Shown piece after piece: positions 24,590-38,358 of a stretch of 64,000 nt of DNA. The DNA comes from Eledone cirrhosa (Eukaryota). Made by a program: the position numbers and the translations under genes. How positions within the stretch are numbered: position 1 is the first letter of the stretch; the number at the start of each line of letters is the position of its first letter. The notes under the pieces were generated by a model, which was given only the letters and a program-made list of their open reading frames with translations, made no database searches and had not been told where the DNA came from. The stretch is from contig OZ024746.1 of NCBI GenBank assembly GCA_964016885.1, positions 54,002,001 to 54,066,000 of the forward strand, in the 5' to 3' direction.

Positions 24590-25385
24590 GCAATGGACTG
24601 GCAGTATCAATAGAGCGTCAGACGCCATGCTTTATAGCATCGAGTTATTGATACCAGAAGGAATGTATTGTAGTGTATAGCTGTTGTCCTTGGGCCCAAA
24701 TCAGAAGACATTTTTATTTTGGTAAAGTTAACCTCGGCGGGATTTGAACTCAGAATGGCAAGAGCCGTAACTCTATGCGCCTGACACCATGCTTTGACGC
24801 ATAGAGTTACGGCCCTTGCCATTCTGAGTTCAAATCCCACCGGGGTTAACTTTGTCTTTCATCCTTACGGGGTCGATAAAATAAAGTACCAGTAATGCAC
24901 TGGTTAATTGCTGGCCTTGTGCCAAAAGTAGAAATAATTATTATTTTGGCAGTATCGGTAGAGCGACTGACACGATGCTTTGCAACACAGAGTTATGGCT
25001 CTGGGATTGGCAGTATCGGTAGAGCGTCTAACACCATGCTTTGACGCATAGAGTTACGGCCCTTGTCATTCTGAGTTCAAATCCCGCCGAGGTTAACTTT
25101 GCCTTTCATCCTTACGGGGTCGATAAAATAAAGTACCAGTAATGTACTGAGGTAATTGCTTGCCTTGTGCCAAAAGTAGAAACATTATTATGATTATTAG
25201 GGCGGTGGATTGGCAGTATCAGTAGAGCGTCGGACAACATGCTTTACAGCATAGAGTTATGGTCCTTTACGTTCTGAGTTAGAAACCAGCGGAGGTTAGA
25301 TTTGCCTTTCAATGCTGACGGGGGTCGATTAAAGAAAGTACCAGTAATGCACTGCGGTAAATTTAAATGGCCTCGGACCTAAATC
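24590..25385 (+). mobile_element. Cluster of tandem and partly inverted tRNA-derived SINEs (Meta/MESC-like core)
   Basis: repeated tggcagtatcggtagagcg ... gagttcaaatcc ... gcctttcatccttacggggtcgataaaataaagtaccag; core name from recall. Confidence 0.8.
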
Positions 25386-26005
25386 AGAAACCGTTATTAG
25401 AGTTGTTGTTGGTGGTGATTGTGGAGGTGGTGGTAGGCGAGAGTAGTGCTGTTGGTGGTTGTGGTGGTAGTAGTAGTAGTGGTGGGGTGACTGATTTGCT
25501 GATGATGGTGGTGGTAGTAGTAGTGGTGGGGTGACGGTAGTGCTGTTGGTGGTGGTAGTAGTAGTAGTAGTTGTTGGGTGACGGTAGTGCTGTTAGGGCT
25601 GGTGGTAGTAGTAATAGTAGTGGTGGGGTGACGGTATTGCTGACGGTGGTAGTGGTGTGGAAACAATTATTAGCAATGAACAAATATGCCGCACAAGACA
25701 TTTAACCATTCTCCTTGTCATGCTTCTTTGAAAACAGTCCTCCTTTGTTTTCTGGTAGAAATTTGTTATTGCGCGTGCGATTAAATAGGAAGGTGTGTTT
25801 GTGTTTATATTCCGAAACTTAGCTGTTCGACAAAAATTGATCGATAAAATAAGTACTTGCCTCCCCAGCCCCATTCCTTCATAAAAGAAATATAATAATA
25901 AACAACCTAGTCAATATGATCGAATACATTCTTTCGAGGTCGTACTCCAGCATGGACTGCAGCCGCATGAACGAAAGTAATAAAAGAATAAAACAAACCT
26001 GCGAC

Positions 26006-26291
26006 CAGGGGCCTCATTTGCCTTAAAAAATGTGAGGGCGACAAACTAACATTTGTTGATTATTAAAGGAGCATGTGTAGTATTGCTTATGGTGCCTTTC
26101 CTGGACTCTATCACATAAGTAACATTTTACGCTAATTAAATTTTATATATTCAAATGAAGTTAGGATCTAAAAAAAATACTCTTAAAAAGAATTTATTAT
26201 ATCAAATAAACAAAAAATAAAACATAGACATTTGAAAAAGTGTGTGTGTGGTGGGGACTAGTCCCCTGCTACCCCCTGAAACAAGCCCTTG
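26006..26291. mobile_element. hAT-type MITE
   Basis: 8-bp direct repeat CCTGCGAC at 25998-26005 and 26292-26299; imperfect TIRs CAGGGGC.../...GCCCTTG. Confidence 0.65.
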
Positions 26292-26962
26292 CCTGCGACC
26301 CACCAGACTGGTGGTAGAGGTGGTTTATCTGTGGCGGTGGTAGTTGTGTTTTAACCAATAAAAAATATTTTATCTCAAAATTTAATAAATGTTGACATAT
26401 GTTAATTTTATTTGATAAAATGTTTAGCCCCTCAAAAATTCTAATTACTTGCACACACCATACCCTGATTAGATTTCAGGGGTCAGCTATAATTCTTGCT
26501 ACAATATAATAGTGTATTAAAAATGGGAGATATGGTGTATTACTTTTAAGATGTCTCAACCACACATGTTTTTTTCCCCTGCCCACCGCCATACTACCGC
26601 CATCTTGATTCTCGGTCATTGCAACTTCCTGTTACGTATGGCGCGATTGTGTTACTGGTGGTAATTTCAGCATGTCAACATTCCTGTATTGCAGCTTTTT
26701 TTTTTCCATGTACTAGCAGAATACTTACACACACACATACATATATATGTTTACGTGTGTATATTTATGCGTGTTTGTGTGTTTAATTAAATATATATAT
26801 ATACATGCGTTCCTGTATGAGCATGTGCTGAAACGGCTTGATCTCATCCGTCGGGGTCTTGTACATTTTCCTCTATATATATATTTCTTTCCTTTAGCGG
26901 TTTCACCATTCGTATGCTTTTCAACCAATCAGATGCGAGACAAACCACAAACCCTCCATCTC

Positions 26963-27040
<78 letters not shown>

Positions 27041-27042
27041 CG

Positions 27043-27112
<70 letters not shown>

Positions 27113-27246
27113 GATTACACACACATATATATATATGTGTTTTGCAACGGGTCACTTTGTGGCTCAATGAAGAGTTAATAAATTAAATAATCAGAGCTAT
27201 ATATCATATATATGTTTTATGATATATATATATATGTGTGTGTGTG

Positions 27247-27293
27247 TTGTCACTGAAGAGGTCACAGAATGTGTGACGAAAGAACTTTGACAA
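27247..27293 (+). ncRNA. Type I hammerhead ribozyme motif (PLE-type)
   Basis: TTGTCA CTGAAGA G GTCACA GAATG TGTGAC GAAA GAAC TT TGACAA; 6-bp stems I and II; CUU triplet. Confidence 0.75.
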
Positions 27294-27500
27294 TATATAA
27301 ACAACCATCTGGTTGTGGAACCAACCAACCAACCGGAAATTTATAAATTCCTAAATTTATAAATTTATTATAATAAATTGAAGTGAAAGCAACTGTTGCG
27401 TGTGTTTCTTATTGGCAACATGACCCTCCCAAAGTATAACAATATCGGTTTCAACACACGTTTTCAGATAAAGAATCTTTACTAAACAAATTCAGAAACG

Positions 27501-27545
<45 letters not shown>

Positions 27546-28302
27546 ACACATAAAAATACACATATACACACACTACCTACTAGGATATCGTCTCAAATAC
27601 ACTCCTGTTATCAAGCTATCCTCATAAACTGACATCACAATACAACATATCTCCATACTGCACACCACCAAAACACAAGGACCACCGCCACAGATAAACC
27701 ACCTCTACCACCGCCATATTACCAATATACCTCAACAGCAATCACTACACAACCCCAACACTACCAGGAGATATACCAATCTACCAATGAAAAATGATAA
27801 ATAGAAAACGTTAGAGTAATTCAGTGTCAAAAATCGATAATCAATATCTACTAAAATCAATCGACACAGACATCCAGTCACTCATTGATATACCAATGGC
27901 GTTGGTAGTAATGATGTTGATGGTGTTGGTGTTGTTGTTGTTGGTGTTATTAGTGGTGGTGGTGATGATGGCTGTGTTAGTAGTCAAATGACAACATGTG
28001 GATTGCGGTGGTTGTGGAGTTGGATGTGGTGCTAATGTTGATGGAGGCATGGTGAGGATGGATATTATAACATATGGTTTGGCTGTGATTAATATAAGAT
28101 CGATATATCGGCTCGTTGATCTTTTGTTGTATATATTTTGTATGCTTTTTTAAATATTTTATCTTGTCTTTATTTTTTTTACATCTTTAAGCTAACAGCT
28201 AACAATATGAAACAAAACAATGTTTTTCTATATCTCTGTGAGTGTGTGTGTGAGCGTGTGTGTATGCGTATGTGTGTAAATGTATGTATTTATTTATGAA
28301 TG

Positions 28303-28432
<130 letters not shown>

Positions 28433-28572
28433 GCTATCTCTCTTGTTAAAGAAATAGAGAAAGCTATCGACACATATCCATATATATTTATATATATATA
28501 AAGAGATCTGGAAATAGAGATAGCTCACATTTGGTAATTGAATAGAGGAAACAATCCCATATGATGATGATG

Positions 28573-28644
<72 letters not shown>

Positions 28645-28645
<1 letters not shown>

Positions 28646-28830
28646 TTGTTTCTACTTTAGGCACAAGGCCAGCAAATACCCAGTGCATTACTGGTACTTT
28701 ATTTTATCGACCCCGTAAGGATGAAAGGCAAAGTCAACCTCGGCGGGATTTGAACTCAGATCGTAAAGGGACGTAACTATGCTGGAAAGCATGGCGTCTG
28801 ACCCTCTACCGATACTACCAATCCACCGCC
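28645..28830 (-). mobile_element. tRNA-derived SINE (Meta/MESC-like) in (AAT)n
   Basis: reverse complement of the 25.0-25.4 kb units. Confidence 0.8.
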
Positions 28831-28883
28831 CTTAATAATAATAATAATAGAAACTGGCTAATAATAATAATAATAATAATAAT

Positions 28884-29771
28884 AGAAACTGGCTAAGAAA
28901 TGGCAAGAAAACCTCTATACGGAAAATACCCAGAAAGAGCTAACAATCCTGATGTTGACAAAACTTTAACCCATCAGTGGTTGGCATCCTTTGGACTGAA
29001 ATCGGAGACTGAAGGACTGATTATATCAGCACAAGATCAGTGACTGCCAACAAAAAATCATCAAGCCAACATCATAAAAAATGGATGCAACCCATTATGC
29101 CGTGTATGTAAACCACAACCAGAGACCATTGACCATATAATTTCAATATGCCGTCCTATAGCTCAAACCGAATACCTAAACAGGCACGATTCATACCTTG
29201 GGAAATGTGTAAGCATTTTGACCTGCCCCATCAAAAGAATTGGTGGGAGCATCAACCACCTCCACTACCTGAAAAAGGTCACATCTCAATTTTGTGGAAC
29301 TTTAGTATCTAAACAGAGCTGATAAAATACTGAAGAACTTTGAAAAGAGGGTATGCCTGCTAATTGATATGTCCGTTCCAAAAGACAAGATTGTATCTAT
29401 AAAAACATTTGAAAAATTGAGCAAGTGTTAAGACCTGGAGATAGAAATTGGAAAAATGTGGAAGTTGAGAACTAAAACAATACCAGTGATTGTAGGCGCT
29501 CTAGGAATTATACCTAAGGGGTCTAATGATTATTTATCGCAAATCCCAGGAAGGGAAACCCGCGTATAGAAGAAATACAAAAGATAGTACTAATGGGAAC
29601 TGCCCATATACTAAGGAAGATTCTGTCAATATAAGTACATCACAAGTGTAAACACCTAAAGATACATGTGTGTGTATGTGTTCTTTCTTGAACATGGCGG
29701 ACCTTGTTGTCTCTTGAGGTCACTGGTTGTGACTTGGTGATAACTCGTATGAACATAAAGCAAAATAAATG
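28884..29771 (+). mobile_element. 5'-truncated degenerate R4/Dong family A copy
   Basis: reverse-complement match to 3295-4220; preceded by (AAT)n. Confidence 0.88.
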
Positions 29772-29971
29772 AAAAAAAATGATAGTAATAATAATTATTT
29801 CTACTTTTGGAACAAGGTACTTTATTTTATGGACCTCGTAAGGATGTAAGGCAAAGTTAACCTCGACAGAATTTGAACTCAGACAGTAATAAAAAACATA
29901 AAAATATTTTCTCAAGCGAAAAATACTGTTAACTCTGATTGAGAGGATACGAGACTGTGTTTGAATATATA

Positions 29972-30108
29972 TAAATATGAGAAAACTCATCGCTAGAACA
30001 GCTGTTGAATCAGCCAAATGCTGTCTCTCTGTCGATCACTGGTCACTGGTCTATGTCCTCTGAGGTATTTTTGCAGCTGTTCTAGCGATGAGTTTTCTCA
30101 TTTATATA
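29972..30108. mobile_element. Foldback/MITE-like element, short copy
   Basis: atgagaaaactcatcgctagaacagctg ... cagctgttctagcgatgagttttctcat; same termini as 35220-35700. Confidence 0.65.
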
Positions 30109-30927
30109 TGTAGTAATTTCTTAATTTTTCACAAGGGTACGAAGATATTTAGTTCGATGAGAAAATAGAAACAGACAGTTGAAGGTATGGCGGCTTACAT
30201 ATGGTCGTGTATAAAAGGCGAAACTAATAATGATTTCAACTTAATGTGTAATGATCCAACGAAGAGGCCTCTACATTAGCTTCTCTATCTACTAGTAATA
30301 GCAGTCAGACCCACCCTCTTGAAAACATAAAATCGCATACATAAATGTATATATACATACCTACGTACATATATACAAACATACATAAATATATAATACA
30401 TACGTACACATATGGATGCATGTAAGCATACATCCAGTTAGTTCTGGAGGCGTTTTGCAACCATTCTGAATAACATGGTTATTAAGGACTCAGAGTCGGT
30501 GTGCGTTGATGTCAGTGACATTGAGCGATACATATACACATAATTTCCCATTAAGACACAAACCTATTTCCACACGTACATGCACACACATAACTGCGCA
30601 CACCCACCTGCAAACTAGGCGAAACAATCACGCATATACACATACACATGGCATATACACAATCACGTATACCTACAAACAACATGAGACACGCACATGT
30701 CGTAAGAGAAAATGAAAGAAAATAGTTATATTTATACATGTCTACATCTGTTAAGTTATCTGATGAGACGTGATAAGATGGTAGAAACACGTCTACTGAT
30801 ATCACACGCATACACACAGAGAATATCTAACTAACACATATATATATATATATACATTCACACACTCATTCATATATATATATATATGTTGAAAATGCAA
30901 CTGGAGTCTTTTAAGAATATTTATTTA

Positions 30928-30963
30928 TTTTACCGGTTTCACAGTTCTTATGATTTTCAAAAG
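30928..30963 (-). ncRNA. HHR variant with UUGAAAA core
   Basis: CTT TTGAAAA TCA TAAGAAC TGT GAAA CCGG TA AAA. Confidence 0.5.
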
Positions 30964-31054
30964 TAAAATTGAGACGGAGGGATTGTGTTTCTTTTGTTGT
31001 AGTTTGAAAACTCTTTCTGTTTTATACAAAAAAAGTAGCTCAGATTGCTATTTG

Positions 31055-31104
<50 letters not shown>

Positions 31105-31107
<3 letters not shown>

Positions 31108-31224
31108 AAAATGGAACGGGAACAAAACAGAGAGGCAGTACAAACAAAGGTTTATTAGTTTCACGCTCTTGAGAGTGGGGGGAGGGGGAGCGACGTTTCG
31201 GGCATAAGCCCTTCTTCAGGAGAA
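31105..31224 (-). mobile_element. PLE pLTR fragment with HHR core (31191-31219)
   Basis: CTGAAGA A GGGC TTAT GCCC GAAA CGTC followed by AATAAA; same family at 59.2-59.6 kb and 61.95-62.24 kb; stem I not evident. Confidence 0.6.
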
Positions 31225-31347
31225 TTGGTGGGAGCATCAACCACCTCCCCTACCTGAAAAAGGTCACATCTCAATTTTGTGGAACTTTAGTATCCAAACA
31301 GACCTGATAAAATACTGAAGGACTTTGAAACGAGGGTACGCCTGCTA

Positions 31348-31443
<96 letters not shown>

Positions 31444-31578
31444 ATTTATATATATATGTATGTAAGGAATAGAAATGGAAAACAAAATAAAAAAATGCAC
31501 CTGGAGTCATTTTAAGAATATTTATTTATTTCCTTTACCATCTGCGAGATAAACCACAAACCCTTCATCTCAATTATA

Positions 31579-31614
31579 CTTTTGAAAAGCACAAGAACTG
31601 TGAAACCGGTAAAG
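31579..31614 (+). ncRNA. HHR variant with UUGAAAA core (C3U/G8A)
   Basis: CTT TTGAAAA GCA CAAGAAC TGT GAAA CCGG TA AAG. Confidence 0.6.
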
Positions 31615-31770
31615 GAAATAAATAAATATTCTTAAAAAGACTCCAGTTGCATTTACGATTTCTTTTCCTTATACTTTCACCCGTGTAGGACATCTCGTTT
31701 TTTTTTTATAAAAAAACAACTCATTTTCTTATATAGACACACACACACACACGCGCACGCACGCACACAC

Positions 31771-31946
<176 letters not shown>

Positions 31947-31982
31947 ACACACACACACAAACACACACACACACACACACAT

Positions 31983-32013
<31 letters not shown>

Positions 32014-32143
32014 AAATGAGATCCAACGACCTTTTGATTCCAGAGTCTGCCTAGATCGATACAGATGGAACCTTGAGCTCATCAGTAGCGAAACGCGCGT
32101 CACCAACCAATAAACGCAATGAAGGAGTAACCAGTCGTCCTTG

Positions 32144-32178
<35 letters not shown>

Positions 32179-32203
32179 TAAATATGAGTATATTTAAACA
32201 TGA

Positions 32204-32264
<61 letters not shown>

Positions 32265-32363
32265 AAGTTTTATTTAAATTGTTGGGTTACAACGAGTAAA
32301 TATTTATAACTGATATAAAAGCACTCAACAAGTATTTGGAGTATATTTACGATATTAAATAAA

Positions 32364-32515
32364 TGGAAACTATATTTATAACTGGAAACTATATTTATAA
32401 CTGGAAACTATATTTATAACTGGAAACTATATTTATAACTGGAAACTATATTTATAAATGGAAACTATATTTATAAATGGAAACTATATTTATAAATGGA
32501 AACTATATTTATAAA
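32364..32515. repeat. 19-bp minisatellite x8
   Basis: tggaaactatatttataa(c/a). Confidence 0.92.
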
Positions 32516-32523
32516 ACCATATT

Positions 32524-32598
<75 letters not shown>

Positions 32599-32820
32599 AG
32601 AGTTTGCGTGTGTGTATGTTTATTTGTGTATGTGTACATTCACACGCAAACAAACAAGCATACATATATCAATGCTAACAATGATGGCTATGAGAAGATC
32701 AAATAGGGTCAAACTACCATTTAAAAGTATAGGAAACCGGCACGCATACACATGCACATATATTTGTACACACACAATCACCTACGTATATAAAGATGAA
32801 CCTATACGACCCCCACTTCG

Positions 32821-32871
<51 letters not shown>

Positions 32872-32927
32872 TACAGACACACAGACACACACACATACAC
32901 ACACACACAGACAGACACACATACACA

Positions 32928-33004
<77 letters not shown>

Positions 33005-33319
33005 ACCAGAATGAAATACCCTAAAATGGAAAATGGTAAAAAAAAATGAAAAATGCAAACAAAAGAGAACAACAAAAACCTTAGCGAAATTTGATCGGTG
33101 AGACTTTAGCAAGCCATTCTATACCAGCAGTTTTTTGATCCCGCCTGCACCCTGTTTAGATAAACGAAAGGTTATCTAGGAATCTAACGGTTCAAGACAG
33201 AATCACATCTCCACCAACATCTGCTAAGAAAACCTAACACCCCAACTTTCTCCTGCTTTGAAGACTTTTCTCTTTAGGTTTCTGGTAGGAATTGGTTATC
33301 GATAATTTGGCTTGCAAAG

Positions 33320-33840
33320 GTATGCGTGTGTGTGTATGTGTGAGTGTGCGTTTATGAGTGTAAGAAGTATATTTGATTTCTGTGTTGGTATCTCTGTGTG
33401 TGTGTATGTATGTGTGAGTGTGTGTTTATGAGTGTAAGGAGTATATTTGCCTTTCTGTGTTGGTATCTGTGTGTGTGTGTGTGTGAGTGAGTGAGCGTTT
33501 ATGAGTGTAAGAAGTATATTTGCCTTTCTGTGTTGGTATCTGTGTGTGTGTGTGCATATGTATGAATATGCTTTTGTGTGTAAGGAGTATATTTGCATTT
33601 CTTTGTGTGTGTGTGTGTATGTATGAATGAATGTATGCATATGTGTGTAAGGAATATATTTGCATTTCTGTGTGGGTATCTGTGTGTGTGTGTGTTTCTG
33701 TGTGTATGTATGAGTGTGTGCTTATGAGTGTAAGGATTATATTTACCTTTCTGTGTTGGTATCTGTGTGTGAGTGTGTAAGCTTGTGTGTATGAGTGTAT
33801 GCTTATGAGTGTAAGGAATATATTTGCCTTTCTGTGTTGG

Positions 33841-33875
<35 letters not shown>

Positions 33876-33945
33876 TTGTGTGTATGAGTGTATGTTTATG
33901 AGTGTAAGGAGTATATTTGCATTTCTGTGTTGGTATCTCTCTGTC
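33320..33945. repeat. ~60-75 bp minisatellite with variable (TG)n linkers, about 9 units
   Basis: ttatgagtgtaaggagtatatttgcctttctgtgttggtatct recurs. Confidence 0.85.
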
Positions 33946-34399
33946 TGTGTGTTTTTGTGTGCGTGCGTGTGTAGTTACGAATGTGAATGTTTGTGTTTAT
34001 GTGGGTGTGTTTATCTGTGCATTGGGCCTGTTTGCGTGTCTGTGTTGTTATGTGTGTCTCAAAATCTACCATATATATGTCAATCTGCTTAATGTAGGTT
34101 CGTACACATGTGTGTTGGTGTTTATCTGTGATGTTTCTGGGCGAATAAGGTATGGTTCTATTTCTGTGTTTGTGTGCTTGCATGTTGGTGTCTCGCATGT
34201 CTATCTGTATATGTAAATGTGTGTATAGTGTAAGTATAAACGTATGGACATGTGTCTGTATATGAATGTATGTGAGTATTTGTTTCTAAGGTTTATATAT
34301 ATATGCATATAAGACCTCATATATAACATATATTATATATATTCATATGAAACGTATATTTCAAAGTAAAATACATAGATAGCTTTTTATGAAAGAAAA

Positions 34400-34464
<65 letters not shown>

Positions 34465-34786
34465 CTTGAAACTAGTACATCGTTCCTTTGTCAGTGTTGA
34501 ACAAAAGGGCAACGATGGTTGCTAAACACTGTACGGCTTAATTCGGGCTGTTTGTTTACAAACAAACCAAGCATTATAATAAATGTTCGGTGAATCCATA
34601 CGTACATATATATATGTGTGCATGTATGTATATATATACATACTACTGTACGTCTGTATACATATATGTATGTACGTATACATACTTATATTTAAGTAAC
34701 AGCTGTACTAAGAGTGAGAAATGAAATTTCGTTTCATTTTTTCCATTTATCATTTTCGGTGCGCCCGGCCGATTAACTCACTCGAT

Positions 34787-34794
34787 ATGCAAAT
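34787..34794 (+). promoter_or_regulatory. Octamer motif ATGCAAAT in the repeat unit
   Basis: also at 57391-57398 (+), 56559-56566 (-) and 57031-57038 (-); function inferred only. Confidence 0.4.
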
Positions 34795-34868
34795 TAGGCT
34801 GCTCAGCGGTTAATATGCATAAGGAAAGTATATACTTTGAGACGTTCAATCATCTGGCAGGAAGGTAT

Positions 34869-34911
34869 ACGGTGCTGACGATAGCTAATAAGCTTGAAAC
34901 TAGTACATCGT
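34869..34911 (+). ncRNA. Type I hammerhead ribozyme, predicted cleavage after 34905
   Basis: ACGGTG CTGACGA TAGCT AATA AGCTT GAAA CTAG TA CATCGT. Confidence 0.88.
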
Positions 34912-35219
34912 TCCTTTGTCAGTGTTGAACAAAAGGGCAACGATGGTTGCTAAACACTGTTCGGCTTAATTCGGGATGTTTGTTTACAAACACATTGAGC
35001 ATTATAATAAATGTTCGGTGCATATATATATGATACGTGCATATATATATGTGTGCATGTATATATATATATACATACTACTGTACGTCAGTATACATAT
35101 ATCTATGTACGTATACATACATATATTTTAGTAACAGCCGTACTAAGAGTGAGTAATGCAAGAGTATACAATGCACATTTTTAAAGATACGCTCAACAAG
35201 TATAAATACTTGAACATGC

Positions 35220-35700
35220 TAAATTAATAAATATTGTTATCTCTGATCGAGAAAAATGAGACACCCCATCGCTAGAACAGCTGTAAAGGCAACCAAATGC
35301 CGTCAATGACAGTGAAGGAGAAACATGCCTCATAGGATAGATACCAGCGGCCAGTGGTCAATGCACGAGGTGGGTGAAAGGCAGATGAAATATAGAAAAT
35401 ATTGATAGAAGAAGAGGACAAGGAGAAGGGTATCACTTTTATGCACCAACACAACACACTTATCTTTTCCCTCCTCCCATCTCAATTCTTTCTATTTCAT
35501 CTGCCTGTCACCCATCTCGTGGAGTGTCTCTCTCTCTCTCCCGACAGCTGACCGCTGGTCTCTATCCTCTCAGACATGTTTGACCATGGTTGTCATTGAA
35601 AGCATTTAGCTGTGTGAACAACTGTTCTAGCGATGAGGTTTCTCATTTTTTTTTACGATCGTTTCGTCCCGGTCAGAGACAACAATATCTATTCATTTAA
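35220..35700. mobile_element. Foldback/MITE-like element with long imperfect inverted arms
   Basis: catcgctagaacagctg ... aggatagataccagcgg versus ccgctggtctctatcct ... ctgttctagcgatg. Confidence 0.6.
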
Positions 35701-35779
35701 CTTTATCATAGCTATGATTAGCTCTGCATCTAGCGCTGAATTGCATCCTGAATATTTGCTTATATAACTGTCATCCTGG

Positions 35780-36090
35780 TGTGTATTTGTGATGTTCACC
35801 CCACCGGAGTTGATGAAGACATGAGTCGTTTTGCCTGAGATTTGGCTTCGAATCCGACGTGCTCTTTTCAGCTTTGGCTTCGCCGCATTTTCAGTTCTTA
35901 TGATATTCTGGAATTCAGGATCTTGGTGGACAGTATCGTGTGAAATGAAAATGCAACGTGTGAGTAGTACAGCACCTCATATGATGGCTGCCAGACAACG
36001 ACTGCTGGATCCAGCGAGCACGCTAGAAACATGATTGGTAATGTTCGATTGCAGTTCCACTCAACAAAAGTATGGACGTCCAAACTTCTC
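35780..36090 (-). pseudogene. Possible degenerate Merlin/ISXO2-like transposase fragment
   Basis: frameshifted translation ..ITNHV...FISHDTVHQDPEFQNIIRTENAAKPKLKR.. loosely resembles ISXO2 motifs; by eye only. Confidence 0.3.
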
Positions 36091-36184
36091 ACGGGGTAAG
36101 TGAAACATAGTCGGATACTTTAATGACAAACTTAGTGTATATAAATGTATGTACGTGTGTATATATATATGTAGTTTTTCATAG

Positions 36185-36418
<234 letters not shown>

Positions 36419-36464
36419 GAAAGAGGTTATATATATATATATACCCTTTCTAGCAGTCTCTCTC

Positions 36465-36970
36465 TCTCTGTTAGCCTCTTCCTCACCTTTCACTCACTCA
36501 CTCTCTGTCACTACCTCTCCTCCTCCCCTTTCTTCCCGTTTGACCTGTCCGTAATCCTTTTCTCGGGGGTACTTGGCCAAGCCGATATGAATTTTTTTTC
36601 TCTCTCTCTCGTCTGCGACTTCACAGAACTTATGTTTACCGAATTCGCAGACCAGACCCCTTCTTCCTTCCGTTAGACCTGTGCGAAATTCCTTCCTTGC
36701 TCACATTTCAACAAGGTTTGATGGTCTTTATTCTCTCGTTCACGATTCCACCGAATTTATATTCATAGAAATCTGGGACTTGTTTCTTTCTTCTTCATCA
36801 CTTTCTGTTGCTTAAACCATTTTGTTGTTTACCCTAGCGTCCCCTTTATTTACGTGTCCCAACGACTTTTTTTAGCCGTTGCTCGCACCAACCTGAGGTA
36901 TATGGCCTTTAATGCGACGAAATGCCTACGACGGTTGGAAGGCCACTGATGAGGACAAACTTTTTCATAT
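36465..36970 (+). repeat. One unit of the ~515-bp pyrimidine-rich repeat with permuted HHR-like strands
   Basis: homologous to 60561-61370. Confidence 0.8.
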
Positions 36971-37253
36971 ATATATATATATATACACACACACAGAAAG
37001 GGAGAAATATAGATATGTATGAGATGTTACCAGTTTAGACCAGTAAGACTATTATTCAACTTATTAAGCTATACTTAATAAATGTGGAGTCTAGATAGTA
37101 AAAGGAATTATTACCCAACGGTTAAGATTCATCCGTTTCCCATCGAAACGGTAGAAAACAGCATATGATAAAATAGTTGAGTCCATATATTACCCCTGTC
37201 TCCCAATGTAACATGTGCTCAGATTATAAAAGATTACACACACACATGCACAC

Positions 37254-37400
<147 letters not shown>

Positions 37401-37539
37401 AAATGCCGTGTGGGAAAATCAGAAAAATCATATATATATATATATATATAGAACGTTTTATATCTAATATATATATCATTTCTCTGATTTACCAACACCG
37501 CATCTTGTCTCTAAGTTTCTACATTAGATATAAAATGTT

Positions 37540-37600
<61 letters not shown>

Positions 37601-37720
37601 TGTGTGTCTGTGATTAAATGTTTTCTATCTCTCCGCGGTTGCAATTAATTAATTGATAACAACTGATCAACTGATCATACAGATGATAAAATATTAATAA
37701 AATATTAAGTAATTATAGTT

Positions 37721-37848
<128 letters not shown>

Positions 37849-37972
37849 CTTTCGCACACAATCACACGCATATATGAAAATGAATATCCTACTAAATCAT
37901 GCATGTATATCTTTGTAAATCTCCCTCCATATATATATAGTAATAATAATTAATGTGAAGACTAATATCCGA

Positions 37973-38066
<94 letters not shown>

Positions 38067-38358
38067 AATATATAGATATATAAGTCTGTGTGTGCGGTGA
38101 GTAGACAGATTCGGTGCAAGTTATGTGCACAAATACAAACTCCACACAAACACACACACGCGCACATACACACGCACATGCACACACACACACATGCACA
38201 CACACACACATGCCCACTCGTGCATCTCTGTATATATCTCACTCTATATATAACAAACTCACCTAGACACAGATATATTCACAAATTCGTCTCGAACTAA
38301 GCTCTTGTTTTAATATTTATCTTTCAAGTATTTCTTATTTTCCTCTTAGTTAATAGGG

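Larger units (their letters stand above)
34462..35152 (+). repeat. HHR-bearing tandem repeat, array B (unit 428 bp, ~1.6 units)
   Basis: aagcttgaaactagtacatcg at 34462 and 34890. Confidence 0.9.

Noticed and set aside
32040-32110. GCT..AGC GAAA CGCGCG TC, HHR-like 3' half
   Set aside because: No CUGANGA or stem I found upstream; at best a relic.
33320-33945. CRISPR-like repeat/spacer pattern
   Set aside because: Spacers are (TG)n, repeats are degenerate, the context is eukaryotic and there are no cas genes.
35650-35682. Minus-strand CTGACCG GGAC GAAA CGATCG TA (GAAACGATCGTA also near 56003)
   Set aside because: Core and stem II are incomplete. If real it would point inward, an exception to the divergent-pair pattern.
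37120-37160. ccgtttc..gaaacgg hairpin with GAAACGGTA
   Set aside because: No hammerhead 5' core or stem I.
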